This document shows positions 12,400 to 26,488 of a stretch of DNA of 64,000 bases, one piece after another. Origin of the DNA: Vicugna vicugna. Lineage: Eukaryota. Position 1 is the first letter of the stretch. Each line of letters starts with the position of its first letter. Both the position numbers and the translations under genes were made by a program. The stretch covers positions 434,001 through 498,000 of the forward strand of contig MU058636.1 in assembly GCA_013265495.1 (NCBI GenBank), written 5' to 3'. The notes under the pieces were generated by a model. It was not told the origin of the DNA. It saw only the letters and a list, made by a program, of their open reading frames with translations, and ran no database searches.

Positions 12400-14575
12400 G
12401 GTGGAGGGTGAAGATGAGTTCTACTCCTGTTTTTGAAAGTTCCGTTACACCTAAAAAGTCTGTTCTGGGAGTGTGGAAACATTTACCCTTACTATTTTTG
12501 AAAACAGAATACCCACAGCATGTTGAAAATAATCTTTGTCCTTACAGGATGTCATGGAAATTTTAAGCTTTCTGCAGTTTGAATTTAATACGGGCCCAAC
12601 CCAGTGTGTTGAATTCCTCAAATGACCATGGAATTGCACCACCAGGATACAGAGCAAGAGGCAGGGCTTCTGGGTAGCATCTTACATAAGCACTTCAAGG
12701 GCTTAGCAGACACCTGGTCTCCAAGTCCCACCTGCACAGTCAGATTTGTCATGTGGCACCTGTGGCAGGCACTCAACCTTCAGTGTCATCAAAGGCAGAC
12801 CGCCTTCCTGCTGATACTGCAAAATACAGGGGATGTTATCAAAACCTGTACATTTCAGCCGTGCCAAAGTGAGTCATGTCATCTGTACATCTGGACTCTT
12901 AGATTAGTTTCTCAGCAAATCCAGTGGCATACTGGCCTGTGTTTCACAGGGTTGGCTGGATCACATCAGAATTCGTAATTATTTCATGGAAACATTTGTC
13001 ACCAATAACGAGATACAGGACCGTCAGTTTGTTCTGTCAGCAAGTTCAATGCTTCCTCTCCCAGGCTCTGTGTTGAACAGTTGTTAATAGTGCGAAGGTC
13101 CCGAGGTCTTTGAGATTGTGGTAGAATGTGATTTCAGACTTAAATCATTGTGCGAAGAGCAAATCCATGGTGAGGCACTTAAATAAAGGATCTTGTTGGG
13201 ATTTGCACACCTGACGTCCCTGAGACTATGTGTGAAGACTTGGGAAGCGGGTGTCTGCTAAGCCCTCTGCGTGCTTATGCAAGATGATCCGCAGGGGCTC
13301 ACTGTTGGCTTAGAGTAGTCAAAGCATTATGATTGAAAGAGGCAGGGGGAGAAAAAGACCAGGCTTACATGTTAGCCGTTCCCAGGAGAGCCCCATGTGA
13401 GGCCAGAGCCCGTTGCCAGCGAAGTGTCATTGAGAACTGTCACAAAAAGCCTGTAATAAGCCTATAATGTTTCCAAAGCTGTTAGCAGAAATCAAGACCA
13501 TTGGCGTGTTTGGTCAGGAAGTTTGCAAACAGTGTCCGTTCCTAGACCACAGGAAAAGTGGGCTGTTTTTACCTACTTCTGAGAATGGTAAGTTTAGAAG
13601 TTCAGATCTTAGAGAGGCGTCTAGCCATGTGGGGAAAGCTTTCATTCTCTCCGTCTGCAAGTAGGAGTTGCCCTTCAGCTGATACCATCTCTCTGGGTCT
13701 GCTACTTACGTGGAAGAGAATGTATGCCTGTGTAAGTAGAACTGTTTTTTTCCTCCTGTTATTCCTAGTTATGGTTAGAGATGTAATTAGTCTTGGAATC
13801 ATGGTTATGGTAGTCACCATTGATTGAACGTCCTCTGTATGAATCCCTGGATTAGCAGTGAGGATGGGGTGAGGGATGGACTGGATGGGACAGGAAGTGA
13901 AGGGAAAGGTGAGTGACACGAACAAACATATCTCACAAGATGGACACGATCGGCTACCTGGACTGTGTACAGCTCCTAGAAATAGACACACCTGCTAGGT
14001 AATGTCAGGGTCAGTTCTTGTTGGCCCCCCTTGTGGTCTGTCATCCTTTCTGCTCTTTCACGGGGCAGCTGATGAGGTTAGAGAAGGACTTGGAACCTCA
14101 GTCATTTGGCATTTTGTAGGGAACCCCACCTTTTATATTACCAATCTTATGTGGTTTTGGAACCTTTAAGGGTTGAGAGGAGCCTCTTCCTGGAGGGTCC
14201 CATGGCACCTCAGTTGTTAGAGAAGATGCTGTGAGAGGACAGAACCGTGAGGCTGAAGCAGCCACGGCGAGAAGCCCTCACCCCTGAGCACACCTGGGTG
14301 TGGGGTGCTGCTCCCCAAAGCCGGCAGCTCGTGGATGGCGTTTTCCTCTGCAGGCGCGCGTCCTGCTTCTTAGAGTGTATTCTGCTCCCACCCCCACTTG
14401 CAAGGCTGCCTCTTGGTCGGGCGCTGTATTCATGGAAGGAAAACCTGGACTGCTTCCTCTGTGTTTGCATCCATCTGTATGTACCTTCCTCACGCATAAC
14501 ACAGCTCGTCTCCACGTGTATGTCTGTTAAGTGAGGGAGCACTTCAGTCTCCTCTAGAACCAGTGAGTGATTGAG

Positions 14576-16478
14576 TTTATTTTTATTTTATTTTATTTTA
14601 TTTTTTATTGATGTATAGTCAGTTTACAGTACTGTGTCAATTTCTAGTGTACAGCATCATGTTTCAGTCATACATGTACATATGTATTCTTTTCATATTC
14701 TTTTTCATTATAAGTCACTACAAGATGTTGAATATAGTTCCCTGTGCTGTACAGTAGGACTTTGTTGTTTATCTATTTTATATGTACTAGTTAATATTTG
14801 CAAATCTCCAACTACCAATTTATCCCTTCCCACCCTCTTTCCCCCTTGGTAACCATAAGTTCATTTTCCATGTCTGGGAGTCTTTTTCTGTTTTGTAAAT
14901 AACTTCATTTCTGTCTTTTTTTTTTTTAGATTCCATATATGAATGATATCATATGGTATTTTTCTTTCTCTGTCTGGCTTACTTCACTTAGAATGATGAT
15001 CTCCAGGTCCATCCATCTTGCTGCAAATGGCATTATTTTATTCTTTTTTGTGGCTAAGTAGTATTCCATTGTATACATATACCGCAATTTCTTTATCCAG
15101 TCATCTGTTGATGGACATTTAGGTTGTTTCCATGTCTTGGCTATTGAAAATAGTGCTACTGTGAATACTGAGGTGCATGTGTCTTTCCAGTTTGAAGTTT
15201 TCTCTGGATATATGCCCAGGAGTAGGATTGCTGCATCATATGGTTAAGTCTATTTTTAGTTTTTTTGAGGAATCTCCATAATACTGTTTTCCATAATGGC
15301 TGCACCAAACTGCATTCCACCAACAATGTAGGAGGGTTCTCTTTTCTCCACACTGTCTCCAGTGTTTATCATTGGTGGACTTTTGAATGATGGCCATTCT
15401 GACTGGTATGAGGTGATACCTCATTGTAGTTCTGATTTGCATTTCTCTGATAATTAGTGCTATTGAGCATTTTTTATGTGCCTATTGGCCAGCTATATCT
15501 CTTCATTGGAAAATTGCTTGTTTAGTTCTTCTGCTCATTTTTGGATTGGGTTGTTTGTGTTTTTGTTATTAAGTTGTATAAGCTGTTTATATATTTTGGA
15601 AATTAAGGCCTTGTCAGTTGCATCATTTGCAAATATTTTCTGCCATTCCATAGGTTTTCTTTTTGTTTTGCTTATAGTTTCCTTTGCTGTGCAAAAGCTT
15701 GTAAGTTTATTTAGGTCCCTCTTTTTTTTTTTTTTACATTTATTTCTATTGTCTGGATAGACTGTCCTAGGAGAACACTGCTAAGATTTATGTCAGAAAA
15801 TGTTTTGCCTATGTTTTCTTCCAGGAGGTTTATCATGTCTTGTCTTATGTTTAAGTCTTTAAGCCATTTTGAGTTTATTTTCGTGTGTGGTGTGAGGGAG
15901 TGTTCTAACTTCATTGATTTACATGCAACTGTCTAGTTTTCCCAACACCACTTTCTGAAGAGACTGTCTTTTCTCCATTGTATATTTTTGCCTTTTTGTT
16001 GAAGATTAATTGACTGTAGGTCTGTGGGTTTATTTCTGGGCTTTCTATTCTGTTCCATTGATCCATATGTCCGTTTTTGTGCCAATACCACACTGTTTTG
16101 ATGACTATAGCTCTGTAGTGTTGTCTGAAGTCTGGGAGGGTTATTCCTCCAGCTTCATTCTTTTTCTTCAGTAATGCTTTGGTGATTCTGGGTCTTTTGT
16201 GATTCCATATAAATTTTAGGATTATTTGTTCTAGTTCTGTGAAAAATGTCCTGGGGAATTTGATAGGGATTACATTAAATCTATAGATTACTTTGGGCAA
16301 TATGGCCATTTTAACAATATTAACTCTTCCAATCCAAGAACATGGCATATCTTTCCATTTCTTTAAGTCATCTTTAATTTCCTTAGGCAGTGCTTTGTAG
16401 TTCTCTGTGTATAAGTCTTTCACCTCCTTGGTCAGATTTATTCCTAAGTATTTAATTTTTTTGGATACTATTTTAAGA
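14576..16478 (-). mobile_element. L1, 5'-truncated ~1.9 kb (ORF2 C-terminus + 3' UTR + TTTTA tail)
   Basis: ORF track gives ORF2 peptides KDLYTENYK...[36 protein letters not shown] and [17 protein letters not shown]; frameshifted. Confidence 0.97.
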
Positions 16479-17049
16479 GTGATTGAGTTTAAATTTCTCT
16501 TCTCGGTACCTGCATCAGCCAGCCTGCAGGTCTGTGTTGGGTCCCCCTAGACGTGGCCTCACCCTCCTGCTGCTTGTCTTCCTTGAGTCCCATTTCTGCC
16601 ACTGGGCTCCAGGGACCATCCCAAGCTGCCTCTTAGAGCTTGGGACTATGGTGAGAAGCACCAATATCTGGGACATGAGATTGAGTTCGACAGCCTTACA
16701 CGTGTGGCATCAGAGCTCAGATGTAGGATGTTCCAGAGAGGGTAACTGTCCAAAAGGCCTGGACCACTGGCCCTATGTCAGTGCAGTAAATGAAGAAGAA
16801 GAAGGAACACAGGGGTCAGAGGGGCGTTGGTCCAGCCATGGACTCACTTATTAAATAGATATGTATGGTAATTCAGTTATTTTTAGATTTCAGACTCATA
16901 GGTTAGATGTTTGCATATTACAAGCTCTATTGATATTAAATGCTTTTTAAAGCTTTCTGTATGAAGCTTTTTTAAGGTGCTGCAATTTTTGAAATGTTCA
17001 GGATAACTGACTACTATAAGAAAAAACGTGTAATGTTTTATCTTAGTGC

Positions 17050-17177
17050 TTTTTTTTGGTGGGGGTAGGTAATTAGATTTATTTACTTATTTATTTTTAG
17101 AGGAGGTACTGGGGGTTGAACCCAGGACCTTGTGCATGCTAAGCATGCACTCTACCACTTGAGCTATACCCTCCCCC
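17050..17177 (-). mobile_element. Vic-1-like tRNA-derived SINE, full length
   Basis: tRNA-Ala-like head, A-rich linker, ctaattacctacccc tail; AGTGCTTTTT on both flanks (TSD-like). Confidence 0.92.
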
Positions 17178-17571
17178 TGTTTCAGTGCTTTTTTAATTAA
17201 AGAAAATCTCTTTTGTAAAATATTATCTTTAATGAAAAAATAGAAACCTTCGCAAATGAAATCACATATATTGGTTTATGCAACATTAAGAAAAAACTTA
17301 CGAAGTCTTGTATACTTTATTTTGGTTAGTTAGTGTTTTTCCCTCTTACCCTCTTATGTGAGGCACTTCCTCAAACAGTGAGGAAGACTGTTTTAAGTGA
17401 AATTCCAACCCAGATTTGTACTTACTAATTTGAGTTTCAAAGCTTGAAAAAAGAGGATGAAATTCGGTGTTTCTGCCCATTAATCTTGTTACTGTATGAA
17501 AATTTTGCATAAATCTCATGCTTTGGAAATATAAATTTAGCTAATTAAAACATTTGAGCAAGAGAGAACTT

Positions 17572-17751
17572 GTTAGAAACAACAAGTTCATACTGTACAG
17601 CACAGGGAACTGTATTCAGTATCTTGCAGTAACTTACGGTGAAAAAGAATATGAAAATGGATATATATATGTTCATGTATGACTGAAGCATTATGCTGTA
17701 CACCAGAAATTGACTCAACATTGTAAACTGACTATATTTCAATTTAAAAAT
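17572..17751 (+). mobile_element. Short L1 3' end
   Basis: actgtacagcacagggaac...acaccagaaattgac...tgactatatttcaatttaaaaa. Confidence 0.88.
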
Positions 17752-17804
17752 ATGTATGTATGTTTGTAAAAGAGAGAGAACTTGTTACCTTGTCCAGACT
17801 AGTG

Positions 17805-17968
17805 CCAGCTGCTTCAGTGTGGTCCATGGACAAGCAGCATCCACATTGCCAGGAGCTTGTCAAAATTCATGTTCTCAGGTCCCACCCCAGACTTCCCGAA
17901 TCAGAATCTGTATTTTCGCAAGCTTTCTAGGTGATTTTGAAGCTCACATGAACACTGAGACTCAGTGA
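17805..17968. mobile_element. MER5A-like hAT-Charlie MITE
   Basis: gtgtggtcc...cagcatc...ggagcttgt...caggtcccaccccagact...gaatcagaatctgtatttt...aggtgatt. Confidence 0.8.
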
Positions 17969-18984
17969 TCTCCACCGGTGGTCTTCAGGCCTCCTTCTTA
18001 ATCATGAGGACTGTCCAGATGGAATAGAGAAATTTAGGTGTTCAACTAGTGGAAATATTGTTACCATGTTACTCCCTCCGGCTCAGCTGAGCTCAGTTTA
18101 CAAATCCATCCTGGAGACCCAGCCCCTCTTTGACAAGTAGGGCTGCCGAGCTCTGAGAAGGGAAGGGATTTGGTTTTGTTTGCTCAGATGATGCTGCAAA
18201 TTGGAATTTAGAAACTCACTCTGAGACCAGAGCTTTCGTAAATGAAATAAATTAATGTGTGGTTATTAACCTTAGGAAAGTAGTTACCAAAGGTTTTACT
18301 TAAGTGTCGTAACTGTAGAAAGTGAGTTTTAGAATTTCAGGAATGCATATCCCATAAAATGAGGTACTCCAGGATACTGAATATTTTTAAACCAAAAGGA
18401 AGATTTGATTTTTATTTTAGAATCTATTATATTAGCCCCAAAATGTGGGTAGAATAGCTCTCCAGTTAATTAAAGATCTTTGAGTTTATGTTTTTATTCA
18501 TAATGCACCAGCATAGGTTATGCAAGTGACCCAGCTCCTAGCTTGGCTCCAATATAGTCTGGAATTCTTACTATACAGGTTGAATCTATTATATGCTGGG
18601 AATACTTAAGTGTGGCATGTGATTCCAGGTCACAAATTAAGATTTAAAAAGAGCTAACTTTGGCCTACTAAATGATGACTCCATGATGACTTGGCCTACT
18701 AAAATCCTACATATGGCTGAAGTGTAGTGATGCCTATTCAGTTCTGTAGAAATTAGCTGTTTGACATCTATTTTGAACCCCTGGTGTATGTTAGAATTAT
18801 GTTTTCTCAAGGCATTAACAGCTGAGGGCATAATAAATCCTGGATGAGCGTTTCATGCTTCCAAATCACTGGGATATGACTTGGTTTATATACTGCAGCC
18901 AGGTTTTCTCTCCATTTTTGCTTTTGGGGAAATGCAGCTGTTGAACTTTCATAGATTTTACTTTAAGCATTAGAATCATGACTT

Positions 18985-19440
18985 CAGACCTATGCCAAGG
19001 CATAATGAAAATGGCAAAAGATAAAGAGAAGATTATAAAGGCAGCAAGAGAAAAGTTAAGAGTTAGTTACAAGGGAACCCCCATGAGACCAGCTCATTTC
19101 TCTACAGAAACGTTGCAGTCCCGAAGGGAGTGTCAAGATACAGTCTAAGTCCTGAAAGAGAAAAAAGTGCAACCTAGGATACTCGACCCAGCAAGATTGT
19201 CATTTAAAATAGGAGAGAGAGGAAATTTCTCAGACAAGCAAAAATTGAAAGAATACAGCAATATTAACCCTATCCTAAAAGAAATATTGAAAGACCTTCT
19301 ATAAACAGAAAAGAAGTAAGAATCCATAGAAAAGAGAAAATCACAAGGAACTGTGATGATAAATACAATGAACAGCAAAAGAACAAACATGAAGATATGA
19401 AAGAGGACATGAGAACCCTGAAATGTTGGGGAGGGGAGTA
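18985..19440 (+). mobile_element. L1 ORF1 C-terminal half plus inter-ORF spacer, no ORF2/3' UTR/poly(A), flanked by a 13-bp TSD
   Basis: KDKEKIIKAAREK..YKGTP, QPRILDPARLSFKI and FSDKQKLKEY are ORF1p motifs. AGAATCAYGACTT occurs at 18972-18984 and 19441-19453. Confidence 0.88.
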
Positions 19441-20544
19441 AGAATCACGACTTGACCTACTTGAGACCCAGATCTCAGAGAGGCAAATGCAGTTGAATGT
19501 ATTTGACCGGCTACTGTCTCATGTTGGCTGACTACCTGCTAAACCCCCTAAAAGAAAAGCAAGAGCCTCAAACTCAGATTTGCCCAGCAACTTCCCTGTT
19601 CCACCACCTCAATGCTTTAACCTCCCACGGCACCATGTTCACGTGGCTGAGCATCTGCCCCACAGGCTCCCTTCTCTCCAGCACTTGTCAGGTCACTTTG
19701 CTTGGTCATCTGGGTGGCACATAGAACCTCAAGGAGCTGCAGCCTCAGGCCGGCCCAGTGCTGCTGGCGTGTCTGTTCATACTCCCTTGTGAATCTTTGT
19801 GGATGCAGAAGAAGAGTTGGAGATGAAATGATGGCACCGTTGGGTGGAGTACCACTCCAGTGGGTGAATGATGGTCCTTGAAGAGTGATTAATTTGATTG
19901 TGGAGAGAAATGATTAATGCGTTCACGGTTCCTTACTGTCCTACTAATTCCTTTGTAAAGCCCCTAGATTAGGAGAAAATTGAAGAGTTTCTATTGAGTA
20001 GGTAAAGTCAAACAGTTTCAAGTATTATGTCCTAACCACTTAGCAGATTTTTGAAACAATAATGCACATAAATGGAGAGAAGTCGTACTTCATTTCTTTC
20101 ATCCTGAAGCGCCCATAATCATTGCCAAGCTACATTGTGGTACACCTGTAGAGCACTGTTCATCTTCTCGGCCTTGGCCTGAGACCAGATGCTGCCTCCC
20201 TCACTTCCTGTTCCATGCTGACCTTTCCCAAGGCATTTGCATTTAATCCTAGTAGCCATGAAAACTCAGCTTCACAAAGTTAGATCTTGCAGTAGATCAT
20301 CGCAAGGAGTGTCGTGTGATCTAATGCTGAAACTGTGAGCTACTTCCGGCCAGTGTTTTGCACCACCTGAGAGACACTGCGTGTTTCCCTTGAGTGTTTG
20401 TCATTTCCCACTGTGGTACCCCAGGGCCACGCACACAGTCTGGGAACCATGGGTCAGCGCGCAGTTCTCAGGACTGTCCAATTTTCTTTCCAACCAGTGG
20501 AGGTTTTCAGGCGAGATAGGAGATCACATTTGTTTCACATCTGC

Positions 20545-20740
20545 TTGTTAACATACGTTTTCACATAAACATATCACAACCATCTCATGAGGTGAGTGGT
20601 TATCACTTTCCCCATTTCATTGATGACAGGCAAGGACTCACAGAATGGTTTCCCTGTTTAAGTTGTTAGTCGAGGGCCCAGGAAAAGGTTACGCTCAGCC
20701 CTTTACATTTGAATTCTCCATCGTTTTCTCTATACTGTGA
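20545..20740 (-). mobile_element. MIR SINE
   Basis: tcacaaccatctcatgaggtgagtggttatc...cccatttcattgatgacagg. Confidence 0.6.
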
Positions 20741-21009
20741 TCTCTGCTTCTATTGAGTTCAAAAATGAAACGGGAAATCACATTTGTGTAGCAAATTAGA
20801 ATTATGGGCTGTGTCTGCCAATAAGAAATTTAATGAGAAAGAGGGATGTTAGGATCAGCCCCTTGGATCCAAGTAGCAGTCACATGGACTTGGAGGGAAC
20901 AGATACAGTTTATATCCCTGTACATTAAAACTGCTTAATTGCTAGCATGTGGTTGAATGAAAGCTCACTGATACCTGACAGTAGTGCTTCCAGTAATTTC
21001 CTTTTAGGC

Positions 21010-21230
21010 TACGTTAAAGTAAGTCTAGCATGTGCTGCCAGGGAGATGGTGATCTGTCTGATTCTGCTCTCAGCTGTCTAGAAGATCCTCCTTGGAAGCT
21101 GTTTTTAAATTCTGCAGCTCGCCGATTAAATGACTAGGGCAGAAGACCTGACCGAGCCCCGGACCCCGGGCTTAGGGGAAGGGGGTGATGGGTGTCCTCG
21201 TACGTCAGCCTTGTTAAGATCTGGGAGAAG
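21010..21230 (+). mobile_element. Possible CR1/L3 LINE remnant
   Basis: gggagatggtgatctgtctgattctgctct...cttggaagctgtttttaaattctg resembles the L3 3' ORF2 region. Confidence 0.3.
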
Positions 21231-22669
21231 AGTTCCGCTGGTTCTCTTCTGACCCAGAGGACATAATTCGTACTTTCAACTGTGCTTATCAGTAACCAAA
21301 AACATACTCCCAGTTTTCAGCAGTTGCAGCTGCCCCAAGGAAGCAGTAAATCCCCATCACTGAAAATCCCTGTGAAAATGACAGGAGAGGCAGTAGGTCA
21401 CCCGGCGTGGCTCCCACAGCCGCTTCAGCCCTTCCGTTCTGTTTTCCCGGCTTGCCCATTGTCATGTCTTTGTAACACTTGTGCTTCAATTCAGCTTACG
21501 TCTCACCAAACACTTTCTTCCAGGCTTGGTCAAATTTAAGTCTTCTGCTGGAAAATGCATTTTTCTGGTTTGGAGCTCATATGAGAGGTTCTGTGGAGAA
21601 AGTCCTTGAGTGTCCCTCCCAGGTTACACGTGCAGCCCCCACATGGGTGTAGTGGAGTATCTCCGGGAAACCCAGAAGGGTCTCTTGCTCTGGGGGGGTG
21701 TGTGTGTGCGTGCACGTGTGCGCACGAGTGATTCAGGGATTTACCTGTAAACTTCACAAACCAGTTACGGGCTTCCTTGTTTAAAATTTAGGCTAGATCA
21801 GTCCTGATCAGCAGTTTGACAATGAACCCAGTCTCATACTCTGAACAAACACATCTTCATAATTAGTGTTGCTGGCTTTTTTATTTTTTTAATGATTGTG
21901 TAACAGTTTAGCATTTTTTAAAATATTGCTGTGCTTTAGACCCCAGAGATTTATGTTGGCTCTTCTTCCCCGACGGCCTGAAGGCTTATGGAAAATACCC
22001 ACCTTCTTTTGACTCCCTGTGGAAACCAGCCCTCCTAGGCACAGGCTGCCTCTCCTTCTCCTTCTGCACAGCTCAGGTTAAGTCAACCCGCTGCCCTGGG
22101 ACTCTCCTTAAATCCTCCTGCCTGGCCGCCCTTCAAATGCGGTCTCCACCTCGGGGTGGATGTGATGCGGTTTCCTCCTCTCCTCTCACACTGGTCCTCT
22201 TTCTGCACTTCCCCGGCCCAGCTGACAGTCTCCCTTCTCTGAAGGCAGGTTTTGTAGGAAACTCCCTCGCCAGCCCTGGGGTTAGGTATGATGCACGACG
22301 AAGCAAAAATGAGGTCTGTGCTGGATTTCTGATTTATTGAGAACTTATACCCTAAGACCTCGGCCGCCAGCCTCACTGCCTTTGTCATTCAGGAGGGCAC
22401 ACGCGCCCCCGAGGAGTTTGCATGCCCAGCTCCCGCCGCGCAGAGTGATTTACAAATGGGCTTGTGTTTTCCGTTAGTCTTGACTTGTGTATTTCATCTG
22501 CGAAGCTGGCAAACACTTGAAAGCCACAGGCTACTGTTTTCTGAAAGCTGCTTTGCACAGGAACGTAAAACGTATGTATTGAATTTGGAAAGTGTCCAGG
22601 AACTGCCCTTTTAATGCAGCTAAATGTAGATCACAGCTGTCTCCCCTGGAAAGACGCAGAGAGCCGTAA

Positions 22670-22906
<237 letters not shown>

Positions 22907-24049
22907 TAGACAGGATCTGCTGGGCGGGAAAGGCCTGGCTAGTGTTTGACTTGCAGTCCGGCCCCTGGACTCTGACATCCCTCCGGAGGCTGCATGTCAG
23001 AGAAACCACCAGGGTGCTTGGGTTTCTCTGCAGTCTTGATCTTGCGCAGTGACGAGGCCCCGTCCTGCCGCTTGAGTTTCTTTTGCCGGCTGTGGGGTTG
23101 GCTGAGCTTTGTCATTCCTGACACATGGGGCTCTGGTCCTATGATGATAACCTCTTACGCTCAGCTCTGCCTCTGCTGCACGTGCTTTTCCTGTGCCATC
23201 CTGTGCCCGGGGACGGCTGTGCCCATAGCATCCGTTCTCAGCCTCCGCTATCCCGGTACCTCCTCTGCTCCTCCAGAAGGTGCTGGCACCCTCTCCCATT
23301 AGGGATTTAAAGTCAGGGGCATCAGCAATTTACAGCTGTCGCCTGGGACTGCCAAGACCACTGCTGTCAGGTGAACTCTAGGGGCATGAGCCCTGGATTT
23401 GGGGGTGGTCCCCCTGCAGTCAGCAGCCTCTGGCACTTCAGCCACGCCCAGCCTGCTCCTCTCTGGATGGTACTTTGCAGCATAGGCTCCTGACATCCAT
23501 CATAGATCCTGTTCTGTTGACCTGAGGACGAGAGAAATGTCTACTCCTCGCTGACAGCCCCAAAGTGAAAGAAAGTCACCAACCGCCTGCCCCTCAGGGT
23601 ACATATCTAGACCATTTATGGCACTCAACCCTCCAGAAAATCTAGACATCACAGAGAACACGGACCGTTGCCTCCTGTCTCTGATTGCAGCGCGCTGGGA
23701 TTAAGTGCCCGCTGTTTGCTAGGTAGCTAGGGTTCCCCCTTGTTCCGCCAGAGTTTGGTCTTTTGAAGAATGTGTTAACCTTAATCACATGTGCACAAGG
23801 AATAATGGCTTTCCTCTCCTTCAAGCTGGAATCGGGGGCTATATAGAAAACATGGAAGAGCTTGCAGCAAGCCCAGGGCCACGGGCTGGTCCTCTGTGGC
23901 TCTGGGGCCCCATCTCCCAGAGGGCTCTGCCCAAGATCACATCTCAAATTCCCTCCCAGCTCTCAGTTCTCCAAACACAGGAGGAACTACAGAATCCTCT
24001 TGGCTCCAGAAAGTGCATGAAATCAATCCTGTTCCTTTCTTGATTTCAA

Positions 24050-24205
24050 GTAAACCCTCAAGATGATGGCTAACGCAGGTAGGAGAAGGAATTCTGAGTG
24101 TACAGGTGGGGAAGCTGGGGCTCCTTCACAATAGGTGACCTGCTGCAGGTCCCAGCTCCCAGGGTCAGAGAACAGCAGACCTGCCTGTGACCCTGGGGCC
24201 CAGCC
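24050..24205 (-). mobile_element. MIR SINE, degenerate
   Basis: tacaggtggggaagctggggctc...gtgacctgctgcaggtcccagct. Confidence 0.5.
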
Positions 24206-26488
24206 CTGTACACCTGCCCGTATACTTTCCCCAGTCAACTGCCTGGAGGCCCGTGGGACTCACCCTTCCTGCAGGCTGTCAGCAACTGGAGATGTTACAC
24301 ACCCAGCGTTATTACATACTTGAGTTACAGCCCCATGTGCTGGACAGGATCATGGGAGGTTTCCTAGGAGTTCCACGCAAATATTTGTCTGTCTTTTTCT
24401 TTTAAAATGTCTAGGGAGGGGAGGCTCTACGACCTGCTTTATTGAAAAGGTACCAATAGGATGTGGGATCTGAGCAATTGCTCCCTTCAAATCAAAGGTA
24501 AATCAAAATTAGAAGCAAATCAAAATCCAGGAAGAGTGGAGAGGAGACCAGGGCTTCCTAACTGTCTAAGGGGCTGTTTTGCCGGTCCAGCCCCAGGAAC
24601 TGATGAATGGCCCTGGGCCTGCTGTCCCTCCCGTCCACCGTCCTGTTCCTGGTTAGGTGGCGGCCCGTGGTTTCGGGGCCCTCCACCCTCTGCCTTCATT
24701 ACGAGGCAGGAAGTGCCACCGTTAGAGGAGTTCCTTTGCCCCCGATGAAATGAGGAATGCCTTCAGTTGAAGGGGCTCCCTGGGCTTTATCTGCTGCTTT
24801 TCATGTGGGTGAAAATGTTATTGATCGAGTTTTGGAGAAAGTGCCCGAGAGAGTTACCTACAGCAGGAAAAAAGTGAGCTCAAAGACCGGTCCTTGGGGA
24901 GATGGTGAAGGAGGCCGAGCTCTGGTTCCACGTCTTCCCGGCTGCCCAGGCTTTTGTCTGCAGGGACAGCCCCTGGGACTGACGGCCTTCCCGTGGGGTG
25001 TGGGGCCCCCAGCCCTCAGCTGCCTGTCTCCCCGGGAGAGTCACTCCTGCCCCCGACCTTCTGCAAGTCTTCTGAATGACCTCATGGAAAGAGCGTTTTG
25101 ATTTAGGATATTTTTTTTTCTGAAGGCAACTGCTACAGCGCCCAGGCAGGGCCTTCCAGATGGTTCCAGCAGATGTTCCCGTGCCCACTGAGGTCCAGCG
25201 CCGGGGGGCCGGGTCAAACACAGACTTCCTTTCTGTTTGTTGAGCTGGTTATTTTATGATTCCCCAGCCCCCTTTGGAATCCTTGATGAGCCTTTATGGG
25301 GAGTTTATTTTTCCATATGCACCCACTCCTGCCGTCCTGAAGTCTCATTCAGCTTTTGGAGTCCGTCGACGGGCCGTCTGCCTGTCCCTGATCTGCAAGA
25401 CCTCGCTGAGATGTGTTTCATGTCGGATTGAGCCGCCCCTCCTGAGGGCTGATGGAAACGAGTATGTGGCTTCCTCTAGGAAAAAAAAATTAAGAAAAAT
25501 ACTATATGCTCAGCCAGTCTTTCCTTCCCACAGAGAGTTAAATATAATTTCAAAAGTCATATGAAATTAACAGGAAGTTTACAATAGCGAAGAATGCCTA
25601 GTACCTGTGGACGTTCTCAACACAGCCGACTTCCCTCTCCTGGGAGGCTAATGTAATTTGAGTTGGCGGACCGCCCCGCGACTTGGAATGGGAGGTCAAG
25701 TCCAAGTTCAGGGCAACCAAGCGTGGGGACTCGGCGCCAAGCGAGGTTGACTGAGTGCACAGGAACTGTGAATTGAAACCGCGTTGCCCCTCGCAGTGCA
25801 GTCTCGCCAGAGCGCACACAGGCTGGGCCACAACGCAGCACAGCTCACCTCCCTCCCTCCGGCTCCGTGCTCACGCTCTTGAGGACCCTGATGAAACAGG
25901 GCACAGACAGCAAGGCCAAGCTAAGGGGAGGGTGAGGAGATGTGGTTGGAGTGGTGTCCAAAGACCCCCTGCCCCCAGGACGATCCAAGTCTTTTGTTGG
26001 AATATTGCTGAGTATCTCAGACCGCAAGAGCCCAGCGGTCACGTCACTCTCAGAGCAGCATCAGCTGCATGCTGGGGCTTTGTTCTGATGGGCGGCTGCA
26101 CGGCCCTCCAGCGAGAGGGGCTCTGCTCTTGTTGCTGGCCAAGAAGTGGGAAGGAATGGGCGTGGAAGTGGCAGGCAGAGTGTGTGTCTGTGTGTCTGCT
26201 TCTCTGCATCTCTGCGGGTGTCGCTTTTAACCTGCAGGCTGCCAGTGGGAACAGGTGGCATGTTTATGTGCACCCCTGGTGCGCGAGTGTCCCCCTCCCT
26301 TGATGCTGTTGTCACCGCGAAATCTGTGATTGAATAGTAGCCTCTGATTCCCACTGTACTTTCCTTCCAGCTCTGATCTGTCACCTTCTCTTTATAATCA
26401 GGATCCTTAAAAAGCATTTGCATAAATTAGAGTTTCACAAGAATAGCCATTCAAACTCCAGCTGCGTATTGGGGAAAATGATGAGACT

